A stretch of 64,000 nt of DNA, from IMG/VR virus record IMGVR_UViG_2772190776_000003, positions 11,067-75,066 of that record; one strand, written 5' to 3'. Shown here piece after piece: positions 35,904 to 46,108 of this stretch. Positions within the stretch are counted from its first letter, which is position 1; each line of letters opens with the position of its first letter. The DNA comes from a virus (lineage: Duplodnaviria; Caudoviricetes). The position numbers and the translations under genes were made by a program. The notes under the pieces are model-generated. The model saw nothing but the letters and a program-made list of their open reading frames with translations. It was not told where the DNA came from and made no database searches.

Positions 35904-38819
35904 TTAATTTCCTATGCCCAGGAGCTGGCGGAACTTGGCCGGATTGCGGCTGAGCATGACGGTGAATGCCTCTTGGCCCTGGCGGCTGCCAAAGGCCATG
36001 GAGGCAATGCGGTCGGGGTCGTCAATGAGGTTGAGCTGCAGGCGGTTGTCGACCGTGCTGCCGCCCACATTGACGGTGGCGGGCTGAAAATTGGCGCTAG
36101 TGGGCACGCCGGAGTGCGCACCAGGCACCACCAGGCCACCGTCGGCGTAGCCTTGCCAGCCTTTAAGGGCGGCCATGCCTACGCGGTTGAACTCCGACAA
36201 AAAGGCCAGTGCACCGGGCTGGCGTACCACCTCTTGGCGGTTGACGAACTCACCCGCATGCACCACGCCTGCTGGCTGGTATTTGCCGCCGGGGCCGGTG
36301 TAGCCCCCCGAAGCAAAGCCGGGGATGGCTGCGGCCGCGCCGCTTGCGGCACCGGCGCCAGCCCCAAACATGCCCATGATGGAGCTGGCCGCACGCATGG
36401 CCAGCTGCTGGGCGGCCCACTGTGCCATAGCGCTGGCCAGGTCAGCCACAAAGCCGCGCACGGCGTCACCCAGGGTGGCGGTGCCGTCGGCCAGTGACTC
36501 CAGTGCATTCGCAAAGCTGTTGCCCAGCGCGTCGCTGAAAGCGTTTTTCAGCTCATTGGCCTGGGTGCGCAGGCCCTGCACGCGCAGCTCCATGTCGGCA
36601 AGGCCTGCGGCCAGGCTGGGGTCGCCCGTGATGGCGGCCAGCTCTTGCATGCGTGGCAGCAGTGCGGACACCTGGTCGGCGGTGCGCGTGTTCAGATCCA
36701 GAATCTGGCGCTTTGCCTGCAGCTCGCTCGTCAGACCGGCCGTGACGTTGAGCTGCAGGCTTTGCTCGGTGCGGCTGTGGTTGCTAAAGACTTGCTCCAC
36801 CTCGCGCTGCAGCTGCTGCAACTGGGCACGGGCGGTTTCGATGTCGATCAGCCGGTCGAGCTTGATCAGGTCTTCGGTCTTGCCCTCGGCCTGCAGGTCT
36901 TCGCGCAGTTTGCGGTAGCGCTCCTTGATGCGCCCGATTTCCGCATCGACGGCGCGGCCCGTGGCCTGTGCCAGTGCGGCGTCCACACTGGCCATGCCCT
37001 GGGTGATGCGCTCGGCACGGGCGCGGGCGTCCTGCAGGGCCTTGGTGGCGGCCACGGCGGCGTCGGTTTGCTGGGCCAGGCTGCGCAGCTGGGCGATGCG
37101 CGTGGCGTCCAGCTTGAGGGCGTGCTGGTTGGTGGACAGCCATGCCTGCAGCTTGACCGTGGCCTGCGCCGCGCTGCTGGCCACATTGGCCTGGGCGTTG
37201 GCCAGGGCCTGCTCGGCGGCCGCACGGGCCTGTGTGAGCTGCTGCAGCTGCGCCTGGAAGGCGCTGTCGACGGGGTTGACCTTGGTGGCTGTTTGGGGTG
37301 TCAGCTTGTCACGGACAGCCGCAATCTGGGCGTCAATCTCTGCCTGCGTCTTGCCCAGCAGCGCGCCTTGTTCCTTGATTTTCTTGGTCTCGTCGGCCAG
37401 CTGCTCGCGCCAGGTGCGCAGTGACTTGGCGCGGGCGTCCCAGCTATCGGAGGCCTCCATGCGGGCGCTGCTGTCACTGGCACGCTGGGCCGCAGTGGCC
37501 GCTTTGCGCTCTTCAGCGGTGATCTGCTTTTGAATCCGTACCACCTCGGCAAGTGCTTCCTGGCGGGCTTGCTTGGTGGTATCGACCCCTTGAATACCAA
37601 AGAAGCCCGCAATCTTGGAGCTGTTGTTGGCGGCGGTCACCAAGGTGGCGTACTCTTTTTGCGCTTCGGCCAATTGGTCAGCCAGCGGGCGGACTCGGCC
37701 GATGTTTTTCATGGCGTTCCACATGCCACCAGCTTGCTCACCCACCCAGTTAAATGCGCGCCCCAGCGCGTTCAGCTGGGCTTTGACCTCTGCCACCCGG
37801 TCGGTCATGGCCTGCGCATAGGTGCGCTGCGCCAGCGCGGCCGCATCTTCCTTGCGGCCTCGCTCTTCCAAGGCCTTGATCTGCTCATAGACCGATGCTG
37901 TGAGGTAGTTGTACTGCTCATTGAGTTTGCGGCTGGCTTCTACTGGGCTTTTGCCCAGCTCGGCAAACTTGGCCGTCATGTCACCTACAGCAGCTGCGCC
38001 CACTTGGGCCATGCCTACCGTAGCCTGCGCAGCCAAAGACAGCTGTGCATTGGCTACACGGCCTGTGGCGGCCAACTCGCGGGTGGCCTCAATGGCCAGG
38101 CTGTAAGAGCCGGTGACGCGGCCCACCGCCTGTGACGTGCTGGTGAGCTGGCTGGTGGTGGTGCCTGCGGCATTGCCATTCATGAGGATGGCGGCCGTGA
38201 ATGCCTCGCTTTCTTTGGCCCCTTGGTACCACGCCGTGCCCAGTGCAGCGACTGCGCCAAGCGCCACCGTGGTGGGGTTGACCAGGGCCAGCGTGGCTTT
38301 GGTGACGGCAGCGATGGCTGGCGCCACGCCGCCGTACATATCTTTGAGCTGGCCGCCCTGCTGCAGCGCCACCATGAGCGGGCTTTGGCCCGTGGCCAGG
38401 CCTACGGTGATGTCCGTCATCTGCGCGGGCAGCATGCGATCGGCCTGCTTGCGCATGTTGGCCTGCTTCCGGGCCTCCTTGGCGGCGGCCTCGGCGGCCT
38501 TGTTGGCTTCTGCGAGGGCCTTTTTCTCGGCCTCTGCCTGCGCGCGCAGGGCAGCCGCTGTTTCCTTGGCCGCCGCCGCCCGCTGCTTGGAGGTGGCGGT
38601 AGCGGCCTTGTCTGCCTGGGCCGTGGCCTGGCTGGCCTTGGCCGTGGCCTTGGTCGTGGTGGCAAGCTGCTCCACGGCTTTGCTGGCCGTATTGACCCGT
38701 GAGCCGGCGTTGCGCATGCCGTCCAGCTCGGCGCGCATGGCCTTGACCTGCTGCAGGGCTTCGGCAAGGTCTGCCTGCACGCGCAGCGCCACTTCCATTT
38801 GTTTGCCAGCGGTTGCCAT
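35904..38819 (-). CDS. Tail tape measure protein
   Basis: 971 aa, Ala-rich; LPAQMTDITVGLATGQSPLMVALQQGGQLKD; GFASGGYTGPGGKYQPAGVVHAGE. Confidence 0.92.
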   Translation of the reverse strand: MATAGKQMEVALRVQADLAEALQQVKAMRAELDGMRNAGSRVNTASKAVEQLATTTKATAKASQATAQADKAATATSKQRAAAAKETAAALRAQAEAEKKALAEANKAAEAAAKEARKQANMRKQADRMLPAQMTDITVGLATGQSPLMVALQQGGQLKDMYGGVAPAIAAVTKATLALVNPTTVALGAVAALGTAWYQGAKESEAFTAAILMNGNAAGTTTSQLTSTSQAVGRVTGSYSLAIEATRELAATGRVANAQLSLAAQATVGMAQVGAAAVGDMTAKFAELGKSPVEASRKLNEQYNYLTASVYEQIKALEERGRKEDAAALAQRTYAQAMTDRVAEVKAQLNALGRAFNWVGEQAGGMWNAMKNIGRVRPLADQLAEAQKEYATLVTAANNSSKIAGFFGIQGVDTTKQARQEALAEVVRIQKQITAEERKAATAAQRASDSSARMEASDSWDARAKSLRTWREQLADETKKIKEQGALLGKTQAEIDAQIAAVRDKLTPQTATKVNPVDSAFQAQLQQLTQARAAAEQALANAQANVASSAAQATVKLQAWLSTNQHALKLDATRIAQLRSLAQQTDAAVAATKALQDARARAERITQGMASVDAALAQATGRAVDAEIGRIKERYRKLREDLQAEGKTEDLIKLDRLIDIETARAQLQQLQREVEQVFSNHSRTEQSLQLNVTAGLTSELQAKRQILDLNTRTADQVSALLPRMQELAAITGDPSLAAGLADMELRVQGLRTQANELKNAFSDALGNSFANALESLADGTATLGDAVRGFVADLASAMAQWAAQQLAMRAASSIMGMFGAGAGAASGAAAAIPGFASGGYTGPGGKYQPAGVVHAGEFVNRQEVVRQPGALAFLSEFNRVGMAALKGWQGYADGGLVVPGAHSGVPTSANFQPATVNVGGSTVDNRLQLNLIDDPDRIASMAFGSRQGQEAFTVMLSRNPAKFRQLLGIGN

Positions 38820-38822
38820 GGG

Positions 38823-39496
38823 TTAGCTTTCGAGGTCGGTGTCTTTCGTCAGGTCACGCAATCGGTCGGTGGCCGCTTTGCCGCCGGCCATGCCGGCGTT
38901 GACGTCCACCAGCCGGGCGGCGCTGCGGCGGCGTTCCAGGCGCTGCGCCTCCCGGTAGTACAGCTTCAGCTGTCGGTCGGTGTAGTGGCCGAGGTCGCAG
39001 GCCCTGTGGCCGTGGGCGATGAGGGTGGCGTAGATTTCTCCCCAGCCAATGGTTTCCGCGCCGCCATTGCCTCCTGGTACTGCGCCATAGCGCGGTTTTT
39101 GGCGCGGTTGACGAAAAAATGCCCGTTCACCCCCCACCAGTGCATGAGCAGCGCTTCCAGGTCGTTGCTGTTGAGCGTCTCCACCCAGTCCACGTCACGG
39201 TCGACGGACTGGACGACCAGGGGCAGCAGTCCATCGGTGTGGTGGGCAATGACGGCCAGCACGTCTTCGTAGCTGGGCGGTGCGCCTGCGGACAGCATGG
39301 CGGTGATGTTGGCCACCAGCGGCTCAGCCTGCGGCAGCAGGCGCAGCCATTCCACGTTGCCGTATTCGCGCACGGTGACGGTATCCACGGAGAGCTTCAC
39401 CTCGCGCTCTGGGTGCAGCACCTCCAAGTCGGAGGGCTGCTGTTGCGCGGCTTTTTGCTTGGCGCTGCGCGGCTGTTTGGGGGTGACTTGAGCCAT
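38823..39496 (-). CDS. Tail assembly chaperone G (38966-39496) with a -1 frameshift extension GT to 38823
   Basis: Slippery T TTT TTC at 39113-39119 (-) joins the G frame to the overlapping 38823-39137 frame. Confidence 0.75.
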
Positions 39497-39508
39497 GTCG
39501 CTGCCCGC

Positions 39509-40303
39509 TTACGGTGTGATGGGGTTGATCTGCACGAAGCGGCCAAAGCGCCCTAGGGGGCCATTGGCGGGGCGCGATGCGTCTGCCAAGCACTCGGCCT
39601 GGTAGTTCATGCCTGCCAGCTCGGTACCGCTGGTAATCAAGGCCAGCTCTTGCAAGGGGGCCGTGCTGACTTTGTAGAACTCGGCAATCACCGGGGCATT
39701 ACCTTCTGCCAGGTTGATGCCTTCGTAGCGCAGCTGCATTTGCTTGGGCGGTGCGTTGAAGAACGCCACCTGGCGGGCACCGGCGTGCTTGTAGGCAGCC
39801 TTCAACGGCTGGGTGAGCGCACCGGGTGCGCTGGGCAGGCTGAGCAGTTCAATGCTGCCGTGCTCCAGGAATGCGTCGTAGTGTTCCGGTGCCAGTGTGA
39901 CGGGCGATCCGGCGCTGTCAGTGATGACCAAGTCACTGACGTTGTAGGGGAAGTCCAGCTTGATGGTGTCGCCCACGGCTACAGTCTGGGGAAAAGTCTC
40001 TGCCGTCACAGTGCCCGGTGAAATCACGGTCACGGTGCCACGCAGCAGCTCGGCCAGAATGTTGGTGTCCATCTGGTGGATCACGCCATTGAGGGTGCGG
40101 TCACCGCCAATGGAAAACTTGCGCACGGCGGATTTTTGGCCGCTGTAGCTTTCCTTGTGGGTGGCCTGCTCATCGGTGCCGCCAAAGGTCAGGCTGGACA
40201 TGTCGCCAATCCAGCGCCAGCCGCCATTGCCCACGCTGCCCACCGGGCGCACAAAAATGCGGCCCTGGCCATAGAAATACTGCTCAATTGTCTTGTTGCT
40301 CAT
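39509..40303 (-). CDS. Major tail tube protein
   Basis: YFYGQGRIF...HKESYSGQ...LRYEGINLA; AGGAG RBS. Confidence 0.8.
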   Translation of the reverse strand: MSNKTIEQYFYGQGRIFVRPVGSVGNGGWRWIGDMSSLTFGGTDEQATHKESYSGQKSAVRKFSIGGDRTLNGVIHQMDTNILAELLRGTVTVISPGTVTAETFPQTVAVGDTIKLDFPYNVSDLVITDSAGSPVTLAPEHYDAFLEHGSIELLSLPSAPGALTQPLKAAYKHAGARQVAFFNAPPKQMQLRYEGINLAEGNAPVIAEFYKVSTAPLQELALITSGTELAGMNYQAECLADASRPANGPLGRFGRFVQINPITP

Positions 40304-40332
40304 AGTGCTGCGCTCCTGTGCGTTGTGCAGGT

Positions 40333-40539
40333 TCAGGCCTTGTTGGCGGGGGGGTATTGGGCGGGAGCGATAACTTCGGCACCGCGCAGCCATGCGGCGG
40401 TGGCCGCGTCGACCTCAATCTCTGCGCCTTTTTCATGCGCTTTGCCCGCATGGGTGTGCGGCTTGAGCAGCGTGACTTTTTCAGTGGCTGCAACGGCTTT
40501 TCCGTTGACGTCTGCGGCGGTGGTTTTGGGTGTGCTCAT
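40333..40539 (-). CDS. Small hypothetical virion protein
   Basis: VTLLKPHTHAGK...IEVDAATAAWL. Confidence 0.6.
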   Translation of the reverse strand: MSTPKTTAADVNGKAVAATEKVTLLKPHTHAGKAHEKGAEIEVDAATAAWLRGAEVIAPAQYPPANKA

Positions 40540-40547
40540 GGGTGGCC

Positions 40548-40988
40548 TCACTTTTGGAGCAAATGGGTCAGTTGATAGGTTTCGACGTACAGCACCGTGG
40601 AGGCGTCGTAGTCCATGACGCGGCCGCCTTCCCATGCCAGGGCAGTGGCGCCAGGCACCGGGGGCACCCAGCCCAGCAGTGCGCTGCGCACGGCACCAAT
40701 CACCTGGCGCAGCTCCTCGCTGAGCTGCCCGCCTGCACCGGCGCGGTAGTTGCGCACGGCCAAGGCCACGCCAAAGCGGGTCTCAGCGGGCTGCACGCGG
40801 GGGCCACGGGGTGCGGGCCCAGCGCTGCCGGATTCCCCCGCAAAAATCACATAGGCCGAGGGCGTGCGGAAGGTACTCAGCTGTTGGATGGCCGCGTACT
40901 CGGCCGCGCCGCCCACTTCCAGCAGCACGGGCACTTGGGTTTTCAGGCGCTGCTCCACCAGGCCGGTGTCAAACGGCTCAAAGTTCAT
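40548..40988 (-). CDS. Tail terminator protein (Mu gp37-like)
   Basis: Position; TPSAYVI...VRSALLGWVP. Confidence 0.7.
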   Translation of the reverse strand: MNFEPFDTGLVEQRLKTQVPVLLEVGGAAEYAAIQQLSTFRTPSAYVIFAGESGSAGPAPRGPRVQPAETRFGVALAVRNYRAGAGGQLSEELRQVIGAVRSALLGWVPPVPGATALAWEGGRVMDYDASTVLYVETYQLTHLLQK

Positions 40989-41503
40989 CGGAATGCCCCC
41001 AGCTGGCGGCGGCCGAAGACCGGGGCATCACCGGCAAAGCGCACATCGGTGCTGCTGCCGCCCGTGGCCACGGTGTCGTCAGCGCCCAGGCTGAACTTGC
41101 CGTCTGCAGTGAGCTGCAGCAGCTTTTGCGCATCGCGGTAGTCGCGCACGATGGGGTCGGTGCTTTCCATGCTCAGGCGGCTCTTGTGCAACAAGTAGCG
41201 GGCAATGGCGCGGCTCCAGCCGGTGACCAGCGTGGGCACCGGGTTCAGGGGCAGCGCATAGCCGCGCTTGGCCAGGAAGCCGTCAACCATGGCGTCGGCC
41301 TCGGTGACAGCGTTCAGGATGCGCGCCAAAGCCTCATCCGCCACCGCCTGATCCGCTGGTGCCCAGCTGCTGCGGTCGGTGCCGCGCAAGGTCGCGTCCA
41401 TCAGCGCGGTGTCCAGGGTGCGCTTGCCATCGGGTGTGGCCACCTGGGCCAGCTCGGTGGCACCGGGTCGCTCAGCAAGATCAGGGGGGAGGATGTAGGG
41501 CAT
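40985..41503 (-). CDS. Mu gp36/DUF1320 head-tail connector
   Basis: ADAMVDGFLAKRGYALPL...IARYLL...YRDAQKLL...GKFSLG. Confidence 0.85.
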   Translation of the reverse strand: MPYILPPDLAERPGATELAQVATPDGKRTLDTALMDATLRGTDRSSWAPADQAVADEALARILNAVTEADAMVDGFLAKRGYALPLNPVPTLVTGWSRAIARYLLHKSRLSMESTDPIVRDYRDAQKLLQLTADGKFSLGADDTVATGGSSTDVRFAGDAPVFGRRQLGAFR

Positions 41504-41520
41504 GGCGGTGCGACCTTGCT

Positions 41521-42435
41521 TTACAGCCAGCCGGAGACAACCACTTCCAGACGATCCTTGAGGTCGTTGGTCTCGGTGGTCACTTCATTGCCCACGGTCA
41601 CGGGCACCAGCTCGGCAGTCATCAGCTTGTTGGCTTGACGCTGCAGCGCGGTAGGCACCACCAAGGTGGTCGCTTTCAGTGCCAAGGGGCGGCCCATATC
41701 GCCTTTGAGGCCTTCAATCGCATTGATAGCGGCCCACAAGTTATCGCTGTTCAAAGGCTTGTTGCTGGCATAAGCCATTTGCCAGAAGCCAAAGCCCACA
41801 TTGCGGCGTGCGTCTACGCCGTATTGGAACTCTGCTTTCGTGAAGACATTCGGATCTGTCTCTGCCGTCATCGCCACAAAGTGGGGGTTCTTGCGGTTCT
41901 GGAAGATCAGAGGCTTGATGGAGCGGCTGGTGTCCAGCACATACCACCAAGGGCCGTTACCGCCAGCATCCACGTTGCTGACGGCCTCTACCTTGCCCGA
42001 TGCGTTCTTGACAGGGTGATTGGCTGCAAAGAATGGCTTGCCGTCGTAGCACTTTTCGGCGGTGCCGCTAGACAGCAGGCCAAAAATCAGCTGATCAGGG
42101 TGCGCGGCAGCGGCGCGGCCAAGCTCACCCATCAGGGGCGTATAGACGCCATAGGTGTCATCTTCAATCGCGGTGCGGGGCACACCCACGGTCAGCTCGA
42201 AGGGCTTGTTCTTGATGCTGTAGCCGTGCGCTTCCAGGCCGTGGATGACGCGCTCGCCAATCCATTCACGCATGCCGGGCACCTGGCCCAGCCAGCCGTA
42301 CTCTTCGGTACCCGTGGAACTGGGAACGACGGTGGCGAGCTTTTGGTAAATGCTCTGGGCTTCGTTGAGACCGCCTTGGAAGGCGGTTTTAAAACCCGTG
42401 AACAGGGTTTTCAGGCTAGATGGGGTCAGTTGCAT
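41521..42435 (-). CDS. Major capsid protein (Mu gpT family)
   Basis: VPSSTGTEEYGWLGQVPGMREWIGER, YDGKPFFAANHP, YGVDARRNVGFGFWQMA. Confidence 0.93.
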   Translation of the reverse strand: MQLTPSSLKTLFTGFKTAFQGGLNEAQSIYQKLATVVPSSTGTEEYGWLGQVPGMREWIGERVIHGLEAHGYSIKNKPFELTVGVPRTAIEDDTYGVYTPLMGELGRAAAAHPDQLIFGLLSSGTAEKCYDGKPFFAANHPVKNASGKVEAVSNVDAGGNGPWWYVLDTSRSIKPLIFQNRKNPHFVAMTAETDPNVFTKAEFQYGVDARRNVGFGFWQMAYASNKPLNSDNLWAAINAIEGLKGDMGRPLALKATTLVVPTALQRQANKLMTAELVPVTVGNEVTTETNDLKDRLEVVVSGWL

Positions 42436-42479
42436 GGTGCTGCCTTTTGACTGGTGGTAATGGGGTGCCAGGCCGGGGC

Positions 42480-42890
42480 TTAGGCGGTGGTGGGCACGGC
42501 AGCCTTGCCGATGTGCACCCAGACACCGACGTCGTCCACGTCGATGATTTCGCCTGCGATGCACGTGCCGGTCTTGGACACGGTGCTGTCGTCGGCCACA
42601 AAGGCGTTGTTGCCAATGTCTGCGCGGGTAATTGCTGCGGCCGCAGTGCTGTTGTCAAAGCGGAAGACACCGCGCTCACCCGGCACGGTTCCATCGGCCG
42701 GAACGGACTGGCGTGTGGATACGGCACGCACCGGCTTTTTGTCGGCTGCCACGGCGGGCTTGGCAGCGCCTGTGGCGTCCAGCACATACATCCCCCCGGC
42801 ATAGAGCACGGTGGAAGCGGCGACGGGGTCACCCACCAGCATGGCGTCGCCACGGCGGGGGGTGTTGCGGTTATCGGTTAGAGCGGCCAT
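42480..42890 (-). CDS. Capsid decoration/cement protein
   Basis: MAALTDNRNT start, lies between protease and capsid genes. Confidence 0.7.
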   Translation of the reverse strand: MAALTDNRNTPRRGDAMLVGDPVAASTVLYAGGMYVLDATGAAKPAVAADKKPVRAVSTRQSVPADGTVPGERGVFRFDNSTAAAAITRADIGNNAFVADDSTVSKTGTCIAGEIIDVDDVGVWVHIGKAAVPTTA

Positions 42891-42926
42891 GGGGTTTCCT
42901 TGAAGTGGTCGGTCAGTGGATCAAGC

Positions 42927-44141
42927 TCAGGCCGCAGCCTTGCTCTTGGCGAAGTCCTCGGGATTGATGCCCATGGCGCTGCACACGGCCACTTCCGAGG
43001 CATCCAGACCATGCGCGCCCTTGGCGGTGTTTTCAGGCTGCTTGCCTTGGGTCTGGGTGCCGGTCAGCGCAGCGATGGGCTGTGCAGTGGCCAGATAGCT
43101 GGTGAGCGCAGTCATATTGGTTTGGCCCAGCTCACGCGCCCAGGGCTCCATGGTGGGCTGCAAGCGCCCGTCTGCTAGCGCGGGCTGGATGAGGGCGTCG
43201 ATCTCGGCCTCCTGCTGCTTGGCGGTCAGCGCAGCCAGTTGGGTTTGCAGAGCAGTGAGCGCAGCCACTGGCGCATATTCGGCAGGGTTGGGCTTACCGG
43301 TGGCCACAGCAGCCGTCAGCGCGGCGATCACCGTCTCGGCCTTGGCGTCAGCGGGCAGGCTCAATGCTGTGCACGCGGCGGTAGCCACTTGGGTGGCGGC
43401 CTCACCGGCGGCGGCTTTGGTCTGCAGGTCTTTGATGGAGCCCACGGCGGTCAAGGCAGCAACAGCGCCTTTTTCGTCGGTGGTGTTGGGCAGGCCAAAG
43501 GCTGCCAGCACAGCGGCTAACAATGGATTCATGGTGGTTTGCTCCTGGGGGGCGGGAAGAAAGGCCGCCGTTGCAGCAGCCAGAAGGGAAAGCGGCTCCA
43601 GCCCGTGCAAGCCGGGGTGGTTGGTGACAGCGCCCATGTGAATGGCCAGGACGTGGCCCTCCGGCTGGGAGTACTCAAACACGGGGCTGAAATAACGGTA
43701 TTGCTTGGCGGCAATCAGCGCTTTGGCTTCGTCTGTCCACTCGACTTCGCCAAAAAGCCCACGGCCTTCAACCCAGCGCAGCCGGTGCAGCCAGCCCGCG
43801 GCGGGCGCGGGCTGACCGTTCTTTTCTTTGTGCAGGGTCTGGTGCTCGTAGTCGATCACCGAGGGCTGACCGCGTGCGGCGTGGCGGGCGATCACTTGCG
43901 CGGCCAGCTCGGCGTCGATGTACCAGCTGGCCACATCCATGGCGCGGCCATCGGCGGGCAGAAACTTTCCCGCCGGGGTGCACTGCACCAAGTGGCGGCC
44001 GCCGCCGATGTCTTCGCCGATAGCGGTGCCTTCGAGCGCAAAGCTGCAGGCAGCCAGGGCCAGATTGCCGGCGCCTGCACTGCACAGTGCGATGGCGCTG
44101 GCTGCGGCGGCAAGGGGGTGGGTGCGGTGTTTTTGGGCCAT
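42927..44141 (-). CDS. Mu gpI protease with an internal scaffold (gpZ) start at 43532
   Basis: IDYEHQT, APAAGW, YRYFSPVF, AVTNHP; internal CAGGAG RBS before MNPLL. Confidence 0.9.
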   Translation of the reverse strand: MAQKHRTHPLAAAASAIALCSAGAGNLALAACSFALEGTAIGEDIGGGRHLVQCTPAGKFLPADGRAMDVASWYIDAELAAQVIARHAARGQPSVIDYEHQTLHKEKNGQPAPAAGWLHRLRWVEGRGLFGEVEWTDEAKALIAAKQYRYFSPVFEYSQPEGHVLAIHMGAVTNHPGLHGLEPLSLLAAATAAFLPAPQEQTTMNPLLAAVLAAFGLPNTTDEKGAVAALTAVGSIKDLQTKAAAGEAATQVATAACTALSLPADAKAETVIAALTAAVATGKPNPAEYAPVAALTALQTQLAALTAKQQEAEIDALIQPALADGRLQPTMEPWARELGQTNMTALTSYLATAQPIAALTGTQTQGKQPENTAKGAHGLDASEVAVCSAMGINPEDFAKSKAAA

Positions 44142-44171
44142 AGCCGCCATGGTCGGCGGCTGCGGCCTTGT

Positions 44172-44190
44172 GGTCTTTTAGCGGGCGCTA
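44172..44190 (-). promoter_or_regulatory. Putative Mor-dependent late promoter (protease operon)
   Basis: TAGCGCCCGCTAAAAGACC on the - strand matches TAACGCGGGGTAAAAGACC upstream of the holin. Confidence 0.6.
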
Positions 44191-44198
44191 GTGATTGC

Positions 44199-44747
44199 CT
44201 AGCGGCCCAGCAGCCAGTCCCGTGTGATGGTTTGGATCTCGCGCTCGTCCTCGGTGCTGATGCCCAGGAATGGCCGGGCGGGCATGACGGCTTCGTGCGC
44301 AGGAATGGTAACGGCCATGCTGCGCTGGGCCTTTTTCTTTTTCACGAAAAGGCGCTCTGTGCTGCCCGCGCCAAAGTGCACGGTGCTTTGGCGGGCTGGC
44401 TGCTCAATGGTGCCACCATGCTGGTGGATGGCCGCATAGACACTGTTGCTGCCCCAGCGCACCGCATCATTGCCCACCGGCTGCCAGTGGATGCGGCGCA
44501 GGTAGCCGTCCAAAGTGAGCACCTTGTCTTTGTTTTTCTTTTTGCGCTTGAGGTAGCGCGGGGTGAGCGCCTGCCATGCGGTGCCATCGGGGCCGGACTG
44601 GCTTTTGAAGCGGGCCTCTGTGCTGCTTTGCCCGTATTCGCCCAGCTGGGCCAGCAGCTCGGCGGGGTTCTCCAGCCGCGCTTGAATTTGCCCCAGCACG
44701 TCGGGGCCAACCATGGATAAATCAACGCGGATGTGGGTGCCTGCCAT
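44199..44747 (-). CDS. Mu gpG virion morphogenesis protein
   Basis: RFKSQSGPDGTAW, GSNSVYAAIHQHGG, MPARPFLGIS. Confidence 0.9.
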   Translation of the reverse strand: MAGTHIRVDLSMVGPDVLGQIQARLENPAELLAQLGEYGQSSTEARFKSQSGPDGTAWQALTPRYLKRKKKNKDKVLTLDGYLRRIHWQPVGNDAVRWGSNSVYAAIHQHGGTIEQPARQSTVHFGAGSTERLFVKKKKAQRSMAVTIPAHEAVMPARPFLGISTEDEREIQTITRDWLLGR

Positions 44748-44863
44748 TTTTGGGCTCCTGTGCTTACAATGTGATCAACTCATCGGGGGAGAAGGCCGCG
44801 CCAGGCCCACCGACCCTACCCCCGGAGGAGCCCAGCAAGTGGCGCTTTGCTGGGCTCGCCGTT

Positions 44864-46108
44864 TCAGCTGCGTGCATATACCTGCACGCCCACGCGCCAC
44901 TCTTCGGCGCTGCCGCTCGCACCCTGAAACAGGGTGACACCGGCCCAGCCGTCATCCCCCAGCTCAAACACTGCCAGCGCTGGCAGCGCTTGGCCTTGCA
45001 CCGCAAACTGTGCGATGTAGCGGCGGCGCACCACTGCCTTTTGCAGGGTGTAGAGCCACTCCAGCCGCACCCAGATTTCGTCCGGGTGGAGCAGCGCTTG
45101 GGCCAGCAGCGGCAAAAAGGTTTCACGGCCACGCTTGGTGACCTTCCACTCGCCTTGCGCCGTCTGGAACAGCTCTTTACCCACGACCAGCCGCTCACCC
45201 ACTGCATCGCGCACGATGGCGGGCTGCTCCAGCGTGGCCCCCAGCGGCTGCAGGAATGCCTGCACATAGGCTTCGGGGGCCAGCCCTTGGGGCAACAGCG
45301 CATCGCTGGTGACGGGGCGTGGCGGCGGCAGTGGTGCCAATGGGCGGGTATTGGGCAGCCCTTGGCCGCCCGCGCTGCCCGGCACGGGTGGGTCTGGCCG
45401 CTCAGGCGGTATGGCGCTGCGCAGGCGGCAGCTGCCGGGTGCGTACTCAAAGCCGGGGCCAACGCCTTCGGGCACCTGCACCGTGCGCGGGCCGTTGGGA
45501 CTGTTTTTGCCAATGGTGTGCTCGACAAGGCGGATCTCGGGCGCGGTATCTGGCCCGCTCTTGCCCAGGCGCTGCAGATCGCGTGGCCACAGGCCGCGCA
45601 CCTTGCACTGGCAGCCCCAGTCGTTGGGCGGGAAGTGAATGCGCCACCACGGGTCTTCACGCAGCAGCACCAGGCCATCCCACGCGACGTGCTGCATGCG
45701 TGGGTGCTCGACCCAGTCGCTGTGCTCGTACTGCCAGTACGGCGCGGCCTGCAGCTGCTGCCAGCGGCCAGCGGCGTAGCTGGTGGACAGGTTGGTGTCA
45801 TAGATGACGCGGCTGCGCCAGTTGCGCCCGCCGTTGTAGTCCCAGCCGTGCTTGGCGACGATGGCATCGAAGTCCTTGCGGAAGGTCTCCAGCGTAGTGC
45901 CCTCGGAGATGGCTTTTTCTACAGCCGCCCGAAAGTCCGTGACGATGTCGTTGCGGTTGGCCCCAGCCACGACGAACGCCCAGTCATGCTCGTGGGTGTA
46001 GATGTCTGTCCAACTGGTGGTGGGCAGGTTGAGCTTGCGCTGAAAAAAAGCCTGCTGCTCCTTGAACGGAAAACTGCCATACGCGGCGGCGGGTGGGCTA
46101 GTGGCCAT
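44864..46108 (-). CDS. Mu gpF minor head protein with a C-terminal PBECR2-like nuclease domain
   Basis: IYDTNL, FPPNDWGCQC MuF motifs; C-terminal LLAQALLHPDEIW...RRRYI...GVTLF. Confidence 0.82.
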   Translation of the reverse strand: MATSPPAAAYGSFPFKEQQAFFQRKLNLPTTSWTDIYTHEHDWAFVVAGANRNDIVTDFRAAVEKAISEGTTLETFRKDFDAIVAKHGWDYNGGRNWRSRVIYDTNLSTSYAAGRWQQLQAAPYWQYEHSDWVEHPRMQHVAWDGLVLLREDPWWRIHFPPNDWGCQCKVRGLWPRDLQRLGKSGPDTAPEIRLVEHTIGKNSPNGPRTVQVPEGVGPGFEYAPGSCRLRSAIPPERPDPPVPGSAGGQGLPNTRPLAPLPPPRPVTSDALLPQGLAPEAYVQAFLQPLGATLEQPAIVRDAVGERLVVGKELFQTAQGEWKVTKRGRETFLPLLAQALLHPDEIWVRLEWLYTLQKAVVRRRYIAQFAVQGQALPALAVFELGDDGWAGVTLFQGASGSAEEWRVGVQVYARS

